Source: Geosiphon pyriformis uo1
Taxonomy: Eukaryota; Fungi; Glomeromycota
DNA: 64,000 nucleotides
Direction of reading: 5' to 3'
NCBI GenBank assembly: GCA_016748015.1
Contig: JAAOMT010000276.1
Location: forward strand, 186,001 to 250,000
Position 1 is the stretch's first letter; each line of letters starts with the position of its first letter. A program made the translations under genes and the position numbers. The notes beneath the pieces are model-generated. The model saw only the letters and a program-made list of their open reading frames with translations, did not search any database and was not told the DNA's origin. Below, in pieces: positions 49,879 to 62,959 of the stretch.

Positions 49879-50848
49879 TTGTAACGCGTGTTTTAAGAAC
49901 AGGTCATGAAAAATTTCAAATAATGAACCAAAAAACTACTGATATTTGGAGACAATAAAAAATTAGTTGTGAAAATATTTTGGAGCAAATGTAAAATCCG
50001 ATATGAAGGCAGCTGCAAAGGAGAATTCATGAACCTTGGGCTATGCGCAATAGGCAAGGCTAAAAAGTTCAATTGCAATCAAGGGACAAATGGAGAGGAT
50101 GAAGCTCTTAGAGTGTGGTAGGTTTTTGGCAAGAGAGGTCGCGCTAGAGAAGTTAATAGGAAAGTTATATAATAATTTCTGCGAAGAGGTCGCGCTGCAA
50201 GAACGCGATCAAAAAGGTGGTGAAGAGTTTGAAATTTAGCGAGGTCGAAAGAAAAGAGCATAAAAAAAGAGGCCTCAAAAGAATTAAAGATTGGACGTTT
50301 TTGTCTGTGTAAGTGTGGAATGGAGAAACCTTTCGAAGTTAATTGATAAGGGTAACTTCCGAGGTAATGACACTTCTTCGAGGCGCAAATTTCAAGGCGC
50401 GGTACAATAGGCAAGGAAAGAAAACGAAGTTGAAAGAAATTCTATGTTATTCTCTACTAGGTGTTTGTTTGGGCAATTGGTTACCTTTGGGAACCCTGTA
50501 AACGTCATCAAATCCGAGTTAAAGTCAGGTGGTCACTGGGACTGCTCAAAAAATTCAATGGAGATCAGTTGCACGAACTTTCTTTTAATCAAATTGTTTT
50601 TATTCTGAATCACAAAGGATTAAATGGATATTTATTCGAGTTGCATTCTTACAGTACATTAGAATTATATTTTGTTTGAAAAATTTAATTAAATAAAGGA
50701 AATATGTAAAGCGATATCAAAGATGTACAAATTTATCTCAAATTAGAAAAAGCCCTAAAGTTTCAATCAATGCGAGACTTGACACATCGATTCCATCTTC
50801 AGGCCAAATTATTAAAAGAGAAAAAAGTCCTTTTTCCATAGAATTCTC

Positions 50849-51752
50849 TTAAACTTTATCGCTAACAAATCCACTTCCGACGTCAGTTTCAAGGAGGCAA
50901 GCATGACCAACAACTAATGTAGCAGAAGCGCCTAGAAATCGATTAAATAAATTAAATCCAAGGACCAGAAAGACCCACCACATTATATTAGGGTGGATAC
51001 TTATCTTCAATTCGCAAAGAAAATTTGATACTATGATGGCTTACCAACTATCCAGAATATTGCAGATCCAGCTGAAGATATCCATAATAGGATGATGGCA
51101 ATACCAAAAAATGCAGTATATAACTGTTTTTGCGTAATTACATAGTGTTGAAAAACCAAAGGTTCATCCGGTGGTAGTTTTGTGATGAAACTTAAGCCGA
51201 ACATCAAAAAGATGATAGTGAAAAGCAGGTAAAGGTTTGTTATCCTTTAAAAAAAATTCTGTTTAGTTTCGACTATGCAGACATTTCATTAGTTAATTTT
51301 GAACAGCAGACTCCATTAATTGAAAAAAGACTTACAAGCAATAAATCAATAATCCCATGACAATGAGAATGTAATTAGATTGAAAATATGTTAAGTTGTA
51401 GGATAAACGTTGAGTAATTGCTAAAGGATCGAAAGAATGACTTTAGATTCAAAAGTTTCAATAGAATGATGATCGGTGAGTTTAAGTTTCAAAACAAGGA
51501 TCATTTATAAAAAAAGACAAGGTAAAACAAGGAAGAGCAATATAACTAGAAATAACTGTTCTTTTACGAACCTGCGATGCCATTGGGCTTCGATAATCTG
51601 TTCTTGTCAAAAAACTCGCCCACAGGGCGCAAGTTGCCTAAGCGCTCATTCTTAAAACGGGTTAAAACTGACAAGCGTTCAGCAGAAATGGGTAAAGAGG
51701 AGGGAAAAGAAGCTGGAATATTTAAGGGAGTTGTCGTCTGAGTGGAAGTCAT
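50849..51752 (-). CDS. YIP3: PRA1-family prenylated Rab acceptor (Yip3-like), 4 exons (51752-51572, 51420-51336, 51244-51045, 50931-50849)
   Basis: LRPVGEFFDKNRLSKP..AITQRLSYNLTYFQSNY, hydrophobic hairpins, FWIVGASATLVVGHACL. Confidence 0.88.
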
Positions 51753-53590
51753 TTTGGAGAAAAGATGAATCTAATAAATCAAATTGGTTGATGATAAAAT
51801 AGGAGAATTCGGAAATTAGAGCTTCGAGTGCTTTTTATAAGGCTTTCAAAAATTAAAAGTCGCTGGCTTTTTGATTTCAGTAATACTATCTTGGTAGCAA
51901 TTTGGCCAGTTATTATTGGAAGGGCCTTGAAAATTGCTATCTTAATTTCGATTGCAATATATTGTGTAAATGAATATATTTAGTTCTGGCCAAGATTTGT
52001 TTAATAACAGAAAAATACAAAAGTATAAATTTTTTTTTGGCAAAATCATTTTTATCTCAAACCGGTTTATGTTTATATATATATATATATATATAATTCT
52101 TAATCTTTTTTGTTAAATAATAATATTTTAATTATAAAATTTTTCAGTATTTTGTTTTTTAATTTAAATAAATAAATGTTTTTTATATAGTTTTTTAATA
52201 AAAAGTGATGGGGGTAATGCACGTTAAAATAATAATAAAAAAATAAAATAAATAATAATAATTTTTTAAAAAATTGAATATAATATTTTTTTTTTTTGAA
52301 AATTAAAAATATCAAAAAATAAAAATAATTATTTCAGAAAAAAATTAATTTTTATTAATTATAGCTTAAATTACTAATTGAAAAAGTTTATATTATTTAT
52401 TATTTTTATTATTATAAAATAATAATTAAGAGGTTTTTTTATTATTGATAATATGAAGTATTGCATACACGGTGGAACGGTTCCTTACAGAATACACTAG
52501 TATCGTCTTATTTTTACGCAAATAATTCTATGGAAATTTCTCAACACCAAGCTTTCTTGGGATGTATTATACAATTTCAATAATAATTACACATTTTATA
52601 CATAGATATAAAGAATGGGAGACAAATTAATTTTAGCAACGAACTGAGCATTGCGGAAAAGCCATCATGAAAGCACGGGAAAGATCATTTGAATGGTGAG
52701 AAATGTGTATAGCTTTGAGTAACATTTGGAAAAGCTTGGTCGCGCTATCAAGGTTCGTATATCATATCGGAGATAATGTTTTTGCGGTGGCAAAATTGGA
52801 CATGTGTTCGAGGTAAACCCGCAAACGGCGTAATGACCAAGCAGAACACTCGGAAAGCACTCCTGTGAATAGTCTTGTGACTTGACATCACTGTTATTGA
52901 GTTCCTAGCTTGTAGTTTTAAATGATGTATAAGATTAGGGTTTGTAAAACTAATTTATATTAAACCCATTAGGGAACAGAATAAAATTAATTACATTTAT
53001 AAAACTTAAATATAAAAAATATTTCAATGTTTAAGTTTTTATAATATTTGATTAAGTAATAATTAAATGCTTCAATAAAACGAATAAAAATATTGAGGTC
53101 AAAATTTTGTTATAAAATTTATATTTTGACTTGGCGGTCGAAATTTCCTAACTTTAAAGCTCAGTCTTCTAAGAGTGCAGCAGATAACCAAAAGATCAAA
53201 AGGAGGCAGGGCAAAGTTCAAAGTTCAAAGGTGACAACGTCAAAAAGAGCCAATAAGGTAAACGGAAGCTGTAAAGGTAGGGAGGCGGGGGCGTTGAAAT
53301 ACAGTCAAACCTGAAATAACCCATACTGAGATAACCCATAACCTGTGATAAGCCATAGTATTTTGAATCTACCAATTTGGTAGTTAAAGAATTCTTATGT
53401 TTATAACCCATACCTGTGATACCCAATAACCCATAACTTTTTACTGTCAGTATGGGTTATCTCAGGTGCTAGATTTAGTTTAAATTCTGCTAATTCTGGT
53501 AAAATTGCAGTAAAGCAAACCAATATTTCCATGACTAAAAATGCTATATAATAATGTAACATCACTTATTTAACAGAATGATCATTAATC

Positions 53591-53895
53591 GTGTAAGTAA
53601 TCAAGTCGGAGTTTCGAATTGTCCCAAGTTCTAAATTATCATCAATTGTATGAGTAATCAAGTCAGAGTTTTGAATTGTCCCAAGTTTTAAATTATTACT
53701 AACCTTGTGAGTAATCAAGTCGGAATTTCAAATTGTCCCAAGTTCTAAATTATCATCGATTGTATAAGTAATCAAGTCGGAGTTTCGAATTGTCCCAAGT
53801 TCTAAATTATTATCGATTGTGTGAGTAATCAAATCAGAGTTTCGAATTGTTCCAAGTTTTAAATTATTATCAATTGTGTGAGTAATCAAGTCGGA
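53591..53895. repeat. 57-bp tandem repeat, ~5.3 copies, in the transposon 5' region
   Basis: Units start at 53591, 53648, 53705, 53762, 53819 and 53876 (partial); consensus GTGTGAGTAATCAAGTCGGAGTTTCGAATTGTCCCAAGTTCTAAATTATCATCGATT. Confidence 0.95.
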
Positions 53896-53949
53896 TTTTT
53901 GGATCAGCCCCATCCTAATCGTACTTTTCCTTTGCCTTTTGATTCCACC

Positions 53950-55606
53950 ATGTTTAATAGCAAAAAGCATGCTATCTCTTCAGCTTGCATTCCGCAAAGT
54001 CGTGAGAATACTACACTTCATGATAAGCTTATGGTGCTTGATTGGTATCATGCAAATGATAAAAACCAATCAAAAACTGCAAGGCACTTTAAGGAAAACG
54101 GTTTTCCATACATGAAACAGCCTCTAGTTTCGGCTTGGGTCAAAGATGAACCAAATCTTCGTGCACGAGCAAATACAATACGTGACTTGACTAGCAGCGT
54201 ATATGCACAGTATGTAATCCTGACTTTGATAAAGCACTTGTTATTTTTGTTCAAGAGGCAGAATTGCATGGAATGACACTTACTGGAGATGTATTCGAGC
54301 TGCTGGCATAAAGTTCTATGATCAATTGGATATTCCAGAAAATGAGCACCAAAAACTATCCAATGGCTGGCTTGAGAGCTTTAAAGACCGTGTTGGATTG
54401 CGTTCACTTCGCTTTCATGGTGATGCATCATCAGCCAATGTTGAGCACATTGAAGATGAGCGGGTGCGTGTAATGACACTTCTTGCTGATTGGAGGTTAT
54501 GCGATATTTTCAACATGGATGAAACTGCACTATTTTATGCCATATCACCAAATCGAGGTCTTGCTACAATACCACGTCATGGTACCAAACAATCAAAAGT
54601 GCGACTGACACTTGCCTTTACAACCAATGCTAATGGAACTGAGCGTTTGCCACCACTTATTATTGGTCATGCTAAACGTCCATGCTGTTTCCAAAAAAAA
54701 ACAGGAGAGCAACTTGGTTTCCAATATTATTCAAACACTCATGCTCGGATGACTGGTGATATTTTTTGACAGTGGCTTGTTGATTGGGACTATCAGCTGC
54801 GTAAAAAAAACCGAAACATATTGTTGTTAGTAGACAATTTTGCTGGTCACAACTATAATATGAGATCTATTACAAATATTCATGTAGAATGGTTTGCACC
54901 TAACTTGACAGCACATATTCAGCCTATGAATGCTGGAATTATTCATTGTTTTAAGGCACATTACTGTCACTATTTTCTTCGCCATGCATTGGATCTTTTT
55001 GATGATGGTGGCGATGATATTTATGCAATCAACCAACTTCAAGCAATGCGTCTAATTTATAGGGCATGGGAGAATGTTTCAAATGAAACAATCGCTCATT
55101 GCTGGCACAAAGTTGGCATTCTTCCAATTAATACAAATGACAACTTTCAGAATGAAACTACAAACTTGGAAATAATAGCTAATTATAATCAAGAGATAGT
55201 ATTAGAAAAGATTAAGGATTGCTACAAAGAGTTCAATTGCGTACAGCCAAATCGTACATACTTATCAATTGAAAAGTTGGTAAATCTATCTGAGGAAAAT
55301 GATACAATTACTTTGGAACATCTGGATGATGATGAGATTGCAAATTATATTATAACAAATCGTGAAACAAAGCATGATAGCTTTGATGAAGAACAAGAGG
55401 TACAGAAAGTAATGAGTATTAAGGATGCACTAACTGCTATTACAAATCTTGAACAGTTTATGGAGCTTGAAAATAGCAAGGAATTTTATGATGCAGTTAG
55501 TAAGCTTGCTCATGTTAAACGTATACTTCATAAGAGAATGCAAGATGAACAAAAACAAACAACTCTTACAAGTTTCTTTAATATTGCAAATAAATTTATT
55601 TTTTAA
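53950..55606 (+). pseudogene. CENP-B-like HTH plus DDE_1 transposase, inactivated
   Basis: SNGWLESFK, FNMDETALFY, LLVDNFAGH, PNLTAHIQPMNAGII (third Asp changed to Asn). Frameshifts near 54195 and 54295, stop at 54767. Confidence 0.9.
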
Positions 55607-56042
55607 TAATATTATATCTATTTTTATATATGTATACTATATATACTTAAACCTGAGAAAACCCATAACCTGTAATAACCCATAGCAATTTGTATCCACC
55701 AAGGGTATGGGTTATCTCAGGTTTGACTGTAATCGACAATCCAGGGAGATAATGATGGAATTACAAGGGGAATGGGCGAATAAAGTCCACATTAGAGACA
55801 AAACGACAGGCAAACTGTTGATGGTGGTGTTGTTCTAAACACAAATTCAAGGATTGGGTATGAAAAACGAAACTACAGAAGGCACAACCAGCTGGATCGG
55901 CGAATGATAATGTGGATCCTTGTTTTAATTAACGATATCCAAAGAATAAATACACAATGCCGCATATTTTATATCATTTGATTGCTCGGGTGACAATTAT
56001 GATATTTAAAGCCGTTTTTCATTGTAATTTGTCTCGGACCAA

Positions 56043-59000
56043 TTATAAGGTGTTTAAACACTCATTAATCCATATCCGAGTTTCAATACAAACGCCCAAC
56101 ACCATAGCTCTTGTCGTGACACCTATGAAGACGTCCTTTGTATGCTGATCATTGCTTACTATCATTTCAAAGAACATTCGTACTACTTCTCTATATACCC
56201 GGGAGGTATCCCCATCAAGTGAATAGAGAATATCGAGATTGTCTTCTAGTGAAGGATTTGAATAGTCAATGGATGTGGATTTTGCCAAGTCAAGTTCCTC
56301 GCCGGCGAAATGGATTTCACATCTTTTTAAAAATTCCATGGTTATCGATGCATGATCTGGTAAGAATATAGGGTCTGAAGAAATTAGGGTTAGATAATGG
56401 AAGATACGAAGTATCGCGTGAAGTAGATTGAGATTCCATTTAACCGTTGGTTTTTGTGTTGGAACATGCTCTAAAAAAAAAAAAATTTCAACATGAAGTA
56501 ATTCTGCAACAGTTTAAAATACTCGAAATGAAAACTATCAATCATACGCAAAATTTGAACTAAGCCAGTGGCAAACCCAGTTACTTGTACGATCCACACT
56601 TTGTGAAGTCTGTGATTCAACTTGAGTTTGTTGCACCCTTTCAAAACACGAAGTAACATTTTGGGACCAACTAATGCACTATCATTGTCTGGGCTGAAGG
56701 TTGTGGATAAGGATAAATAGTGTAACCAGGTCAAAAGTCCATTCCTAATTACTATATCAGTAATTACTTGAGGAATTGAAGAGGCGTAGAAGAGAATCTG
56801 AATTTTACGATTTAGATATGTAAGAGCTCCCTATAGATTTTAGACGTAAACTCGAGACTTTGGAAATTTTGTTCCTACCTCAATTATAAGTTTGCGAGTA
56901 AAATTATCCACAAGTAGCGAAGTATAATAAGCACTAATTATATGCCATACATGTCTTCTTTTGAAGATTTTATAATCCTACATGAATAAGGAAATTATAC
57001 GATTCATTTTGACCGTCATAACTTGACAAGATCAAAATCATTTTGCATTAGTGATGGTACCTCGAATGACTTTAATCCGGGAGACAAAAGGCGGAGAATC
57101 CACACTCTCTCCTTTTGATAAGTAAGTGTTGACGAATAGAAAAGATTGTAAAACATCGGCACATCCTATAAAAAGAAGAAACGAGAAGGATGAGTATGAG
57201 AAGAAATATATTTGCACTTAATAAATTCTACAATTCATTCACCTCTAAATCAAGTATAGGTCGTTGTAATGAAAACTTGTTTATCAGAGGATACATAAAA
57301 TGTGCCGGATTCAACAGGGCAATCAGAGAATGTGCAACAAAAACTGTAATCAATGTTGGGACTCGTTGAACAAAACCCCCAAAATCACGCTCTGTGAGGG
57401 AATTCTTAAAGGTGTCTAGAAGTAAAAGGATCTGTTTTTTTTCCCGGAAGTTGACGTGCTTAAAATACGAAAAAAAATTTAAGAATGATATTCCGATCTA
57501 TTAAATATGAAAAATAAAATGAAGATATTACCTCCAATAGCATATAAAACTCATCCATTAAAAAGTACCCAGCACGCCGCACATTTTCCACCAAAGAAGA
57601 TAATGAAACCACAATAAAGCCTAATGCATTCAATTCGATAAACTTCCGGCAATCCATGATGTTACCAAAGGACATCAAGTTGGCAAATAATGGTAAGAAA
57701 AATGACGGATCATAGCATAGAACCTTCTCTTCTGGATCTTCACATGTGCTTTCGATTTTTGCAAAAAGTTTACTATCGACACGAATTTCCAATTCTTTTT
57801 CAAGTGGGAAACTCCCCAAGCTATTTAGCATAACCATGGGTTCAATCAAGCCCAAAGATTCAGCCACAACATTATGACCTATCAAATTACGATTACCGGA
57901 TTTTGATCCTGTTGGACCCCAAGTAATCACATGCGTCATTATTGATTTCTTGGTTGTTTGTTCGTAAGAAAGAAGTATACCAAGGATCAGTTGGTCAGCC
58001 AGCGCTGTCGATGCACCATAAATATTTATCAAGGATTCCACAAAAGCGGGTTTACTGCATAGGTTCGGTGAAATTTGAAATATCGTGTATATTAGGTGAC
58101 ATATTGACAGTCGTGTAACGCAATTGGGAGAGGCGGTGGTTGGTCTTTTATTTAATTGAGGGGGTTGTGCAAGTATTTCGAATTGAGGATTTTTAAATAT
58201 AGCTTCCAAGACTTTATCCAAAGGTGGTCCAAGAATTTGCTGAATATAATTGATCTCATTTTTAGAGATGATCAACTTCAATGTTTGACTGGTGAACTTA
58301 TTCTTACCTTTTGTTGATAAGCACAAGATATCAAGGACGTCACGCATTTTAGAACAGATGGCTCTTCGAATTTTTTTTCCAAGAGAACGAAGATAAACTC
58401 TCCTATTATATTGGCCTCTAAAATTTGAGCCTTGGGAACGACCATTTTAATCAACGAATCTAAAATCAGGGAGGTTAAAATAATTAATATCCTTTTGCGT
58501 AAATGTTAGGAAACAAATTAATAAAAGTATAGGTACCAATCCTGAAGAAAATGGCATCGATTGCCTTGCGTGAAGTATTAATTGCATCTTTTTCCATCAA
58601 TAGGCTCGTATGATGCAGACAATTTGAAATAAAATCCTTGAGTCTCTTGGAATTGTTTTGTTCACGAACAGCAAGATAACATTCCATGACATTCAAAAAA
58701 TCGACACCAAAGTTTGTAGAAACAAAATCAGGAATTCCGATCATTTCATCCAATTCATTAATTATTTGAGCAGCAGGTAATATCTTGAGCATTTTACAAA
58801 TAACCTTTCCCAACTCTGACAAAGATATTTGCGCTAAGGATGGATTCAAATTCTGGAAAATTCGAAGGAAATACCGTTCTGTTAAAATGTGGAAAGCTCT
58901 TTTATCGTCATCCGTAGCAATATGAGACCACTTGACCCCATTATTTTGGGTGGGAATCGTGACTGCCTCAAGATATGATTCTAAAATGCTAGCCATATCA

Positions 59001-62000
59001 ACCACCGAATCTAATAAGCCATCAAGAGGGTTTTTTTGATTACCGAGGACTTTTTCAACAAATAAACGACGTGTTCTCGAGCTGACGCGAATAAGTTTCT
59101 CAAAGAGTTTGGCACGAGTTGTATTCAAATCATCACAAATAGCTCTTGCGATTTCCTCATCAAAATTATCCGGGAATACTGCGAACAACTTCTTTTGATA
59201 GGAATCAATTAGAAGCAACCAATTATCACAACCGTTATCACTGAATAAATGATCGATAACTTCAGTGGGAATGTTATCAACAACTTTCCGAGTCAAAGCA
59301 AATTCAAGCTCTTTCAACGGCTGATTCTCCCATAACGTTAATAACTCGCCAAGATTCAAATGATCCAAATCCGCATCCAGAGATGTATCCTTTCGCTTAC
59401 TAATTTCTCTTATAAATTTAGTGCAATATATTTCCAGTTCCGCATCAAGCAAGTCCAATTGCTTTTCCACGGCATTTTTTCCTCTGATGGTATTACCCTT
59501 GATCTGCAGGTTTCCGTGAATTTCCCTGTTTAATTTCAACTTCCTGATGCATGCTTGTAAGAAATGCGGAAGCCTATTACTCTTGAGAAAGTTTTTAATT
59601 AAGGTAGAAATGAAAGACATTATGACACCCTTTTGATTATCCGGTATGTGTCGGTATTCTTCAATGACCGTAAGTAATAACGGAGCGGGTATTCCGGGGA
59701 GTTCTTCGATATTATTTTTAAAACTGACAAGTCCACAATTTTTGAAATGTGAACTAACTTCTTGAGTTATTTTAAGAGATTCGTCAAAGTATCGATATGG
59801 GGATTGAAGACATTGAGTAATACTACTTTCGAGGAATTTTATTACGGCAGCCTGATCCCCAACATTTCTGCCATCTGAGGAACCATAGGATGATAAAGAT
59901 TCAAGCCAAAGAGCGATTTCTTGAGTGTGATATTCAAAAACGGTTGAATCTGCCAGGTGATTCAGAATAACCTTTTCAGTCATAATTCTAATCTGTGGAT
60001 GTGAAGCGTTGAGATAGAGTTGAAAGAGTGTAAAAATGTGACTGGGAGATGAATCAGCTATAAATAATCCAATATATTAGAAATTTAATAAGATTTGGTT
60101 TCCTTCCAAACGTTTAAGTAAAAAGGTAAAAAAATGATAAACTTACAAGATTTTTTAAACCACTTAAAATCGGCAACAGTCATTAGAATTTCCAGTAGAT
60201 GCACTTGAATATTCATTGGGATTATGCCCAAGTCGTCCGGTATTAATTTCCCAATATCAAAATTAGACTTTGATATGGAATCCGGTAGATATTTTTGATA
60301 ATAGTTTAGCAATCTCATTACGATTTCATACAGTAGACCATGCCTGACGAACTCTTCGTATGTTCCCAATGAAATTTGCTTAGCATTGGCAAGAATGGAG
60401 GAATGTAGGGAAATAATGACCTGTACATCGGGAACTCGTCGTTGCATTTCTTCACGCATTTTTTCAATTACTCGGTTCCAAGTGCTTTCAAATGTGTTAG
60501 AATCATGCTCCTCAATTATTTTTGGGGTTTTCGATGAAGGATGATTATCAGAATCTTTTAACACATAATTAAAAGCTTGCAAAACCATGTCAAATTTTTG
60601 GAAGGCCGACCCAAGAACTATCAGAGCTTTGTATTTAACTAATGAACTTTGGTGCTGAATACTTTTGCTGAGGACCAAGCGATTAGCTACAAGAGGCATT
60701 ATATTGTTAAGAATTGTCGATATAGGAGGTGGCTCAGGTGAGTAGGTTGATGTTTTGCTAAGGATAAATGTGGGTATTGGAAGTGACAAGATCTTTTGGA
60801 GGAGTGTCATACTGGCTAGCCATTGATGGGAAAGACGAGGGTCAAACGATATGCGCGTAGATTGCCAGTACCTGTTAAGGAAGAATATGAATATCGTTTA
60901 GGCTAAACCAGTGAAAAATGCTTTTAACCCAAAATGAGCTCTGAAAGGAGGCTTACTGACGGTTGAACTAATTCGGGACAATTGGCGAGAATTCTTAGTA
61001 AGAGTTCTTGTTGCCTAAGGTCATCGATCGGACTCAAATTCGAAATAAATCTTAGCAATATAATGTTATGGACTCGATTATAACTTTTTTTTTCCTCATT
61101 TGAATTATTCATATTCGAGTCTTTAATAGAGCCGGGAGGGTACCATCCTTTATCATGAAAACAGATCCCTACACCTGGAGAACAGCAAATGGATATTAGA
61201 AAGCGATGGACGCGATCTGCAACAACCTGTCCAGTTTCCGATTGTTCCTTTTCTCGACGATGATAAAGTTTTTGAAGCTGCAAATATATAGTGTATAAGT
61301 TAGATCGACGTAAGGTGACTAGCTAGAAATCATTATGATCACAAGGTGGGGAATCGTAAAAAAATCTTTAAAAATACCTGATCTAAAACCCAATTATTGA
61401 AAAACGATACTTTGGCCGATCTTTCTATACCAGTGTCAATAATCACAGTGTCATAGAGTGTCGTCAGAACTTCGTCCACAACCTAATAATGATGGGGGTT
61501 GTGAATCAAATTTTAATTAAACTCACTCCAGTTGCTTAATTATAAGTAGGGCAGTTCTTACTTGATACGAATCTTGAGAGAGCCCGGGAAAAATTCCACT
61601 AACGAAATTTTTGATTCCTAGAACATCTTGTTTTAGTTTGCTGTCACCGTGTGTCAAAAAAGATAAGATAAAGCGGATATACAATCCACGGACATCTGAA
61701 ACCAATAATTACTATAAGTAATTTTCAATGTATCGCAAAAGAAATGGATATCGCTTTAGCCCTTACCAGTTTTTTTTGATTTCGGGGTCTCATTGGTTTC
61801 CTGTCTCCGTCTAATATTGAAAAATTTTCCAAGGGCCTAATCAATTTGTACAAAATCAAGGTAGTGCTTAAAACAGCTTTGAATAAATCTCAAGAATACT
61901 CAAAAGGAAGATTTTTTGGAATAATCAAGTAAAAAATCAAAATTTTAAAAGCGATCTAACGAACCTTCATCCCAAAGTAGAAATTTGGATATATTTCACG

Positions 62001-62679
62001 TATCATCGTCACCCCAAATGAATTAATGGAGATTAGAAGCCGGAGTGTTGCCTGACATAAAGGTGTATTCCCAGAGGATAAATTTTGATGTATTATCTTC
62101 ATATATTGTCGCGTGATATTGCGAGCGATGAGAGTACCAGTCGGCCGGCTCTTGGAATTTTTTAATGAATCCAATAACTTGCTCAATAGATCAGGAATAG
62201 CAACTTGTAGTCGCGTGATAAAATGCTAGGGTTCGATTGACCAATTAAAAAACTAGGTTTTTATATTTATTCAGGAACTAAGTCCCATTTAATGGAAAAA
62301 AATTATATTCCAATCTTAAATATACCCACTGCTTGCTGAAGGTCCCATATCTTGAAAACTTCCGTGCATTCTGGCGAAATTTGAAGGTAATCATAAAAAA
62401 TTTGAAGTCTTTTTTCTACTTCTTTATTGAAAGTTGAATCTTTGTTGGAAGGGAAGTTAAAATGTTGTCTAAAACGGGATACTCCTGTAGTAATTAGTGT
62501 AGGAAATTATAAAAGCTCAGGTGGTTCCAGTCATCTGGGTGCTTATTAGTATCACCCATACCTTCCACTATTGTTTCTATGTCTGTAGAATCAAGAAATT
62601 TCTGTAATTCTCGGGCACTAGTAAAAGGTTGCCAATTGGCGCGATTTTGAAAGTAGTGAATTTGCGACTCAGGCTCCAT
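56043..62679 (-). CDS. URB1: Nucleolar pre-ribosome-associated protein Urb1/Npa1, multi-exon
   Basis: N-terminal Npa1-like segments (DVRGLYIRFILSFL; ICCSPGVGICF; DDLRQQELLLRILANCPELV) and C-terminal NopRA1-like segment (YGASTALADQLIL..YE; YDPSFFLPLF; FIELNALGFIVVSLSS). Long helical exons joined by GT-AG introns. Confidence 0.85.
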
Positions 62680-62959
62680 TTTAAAATTTGGTTGGTAACG
62701 AGTTCAAAAGTGTACAAAAGATTGACTCCATCAGATTTTTCACTTGATAATCCAATGATTATGACTCGTTGAGATCTTTATAAATGTCAATAATTTTAAA
62801 ACTTGAGATAATAAAATCCTCGAAAAATCGCCCTATTCGCGGAATAATTATGTTGGAATAATAATTAAAATTCCCAAGCTCGAAATTTCGAAAATAAACT
62901 AGAATCCTAAATAAAGACGTTTTTACACCACCTATCTTGTTTCGATAATTGATAATATA
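62680..62959. promoter_or_regulatory. Probable bidirectional promoter between URB1 and YTH1
   Basis: The two ATGs are head-to-head and only 280 bp apart. Confidence 0.6.

Larger units (their letters stand above)
53302..55729 (+). mobile_element. pogo/Tigger-family DNA transposon (2428 bp)
   Basis: 25-bp TIRs CAGTCAAACCTGARATAACCCATAC (24/25 identical) at 53302-53326 and 55705-55729; TA TSD on both sides. Confidence 0.95.

Noticed and set aside
50079-50414. 111-aa ORF upstream of SET1
   Set aside because: Non-ATG start and no recognisable motifs; probably promoter or 5' UTR sequence.
52815-52895. Short resemblance to 23S rRNA motifs (GGCGTAATGA, CGGAAAG..GTGAA)
   Set aside because: The motifs are short, their spacing does not fit rRNA, and there is no extended similarity.
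52933-52943. TTAGGGTT as a telomerase template or telomeric seed (also ~56384-56392)
   Set aside because: Only 8-10 nt, expected by chance, with no supporting structure.
53591-53895. CRISPR-like array
   Set aside because: Contiguous tandem units without unique spacers, no cas genes, eukaryotic context.
58487-58496. ATATCCTTT as a U12-type donor
   Set aside because: It is on the + strand, antisense to URB1, whose intron here is explained by GT-AG sites.
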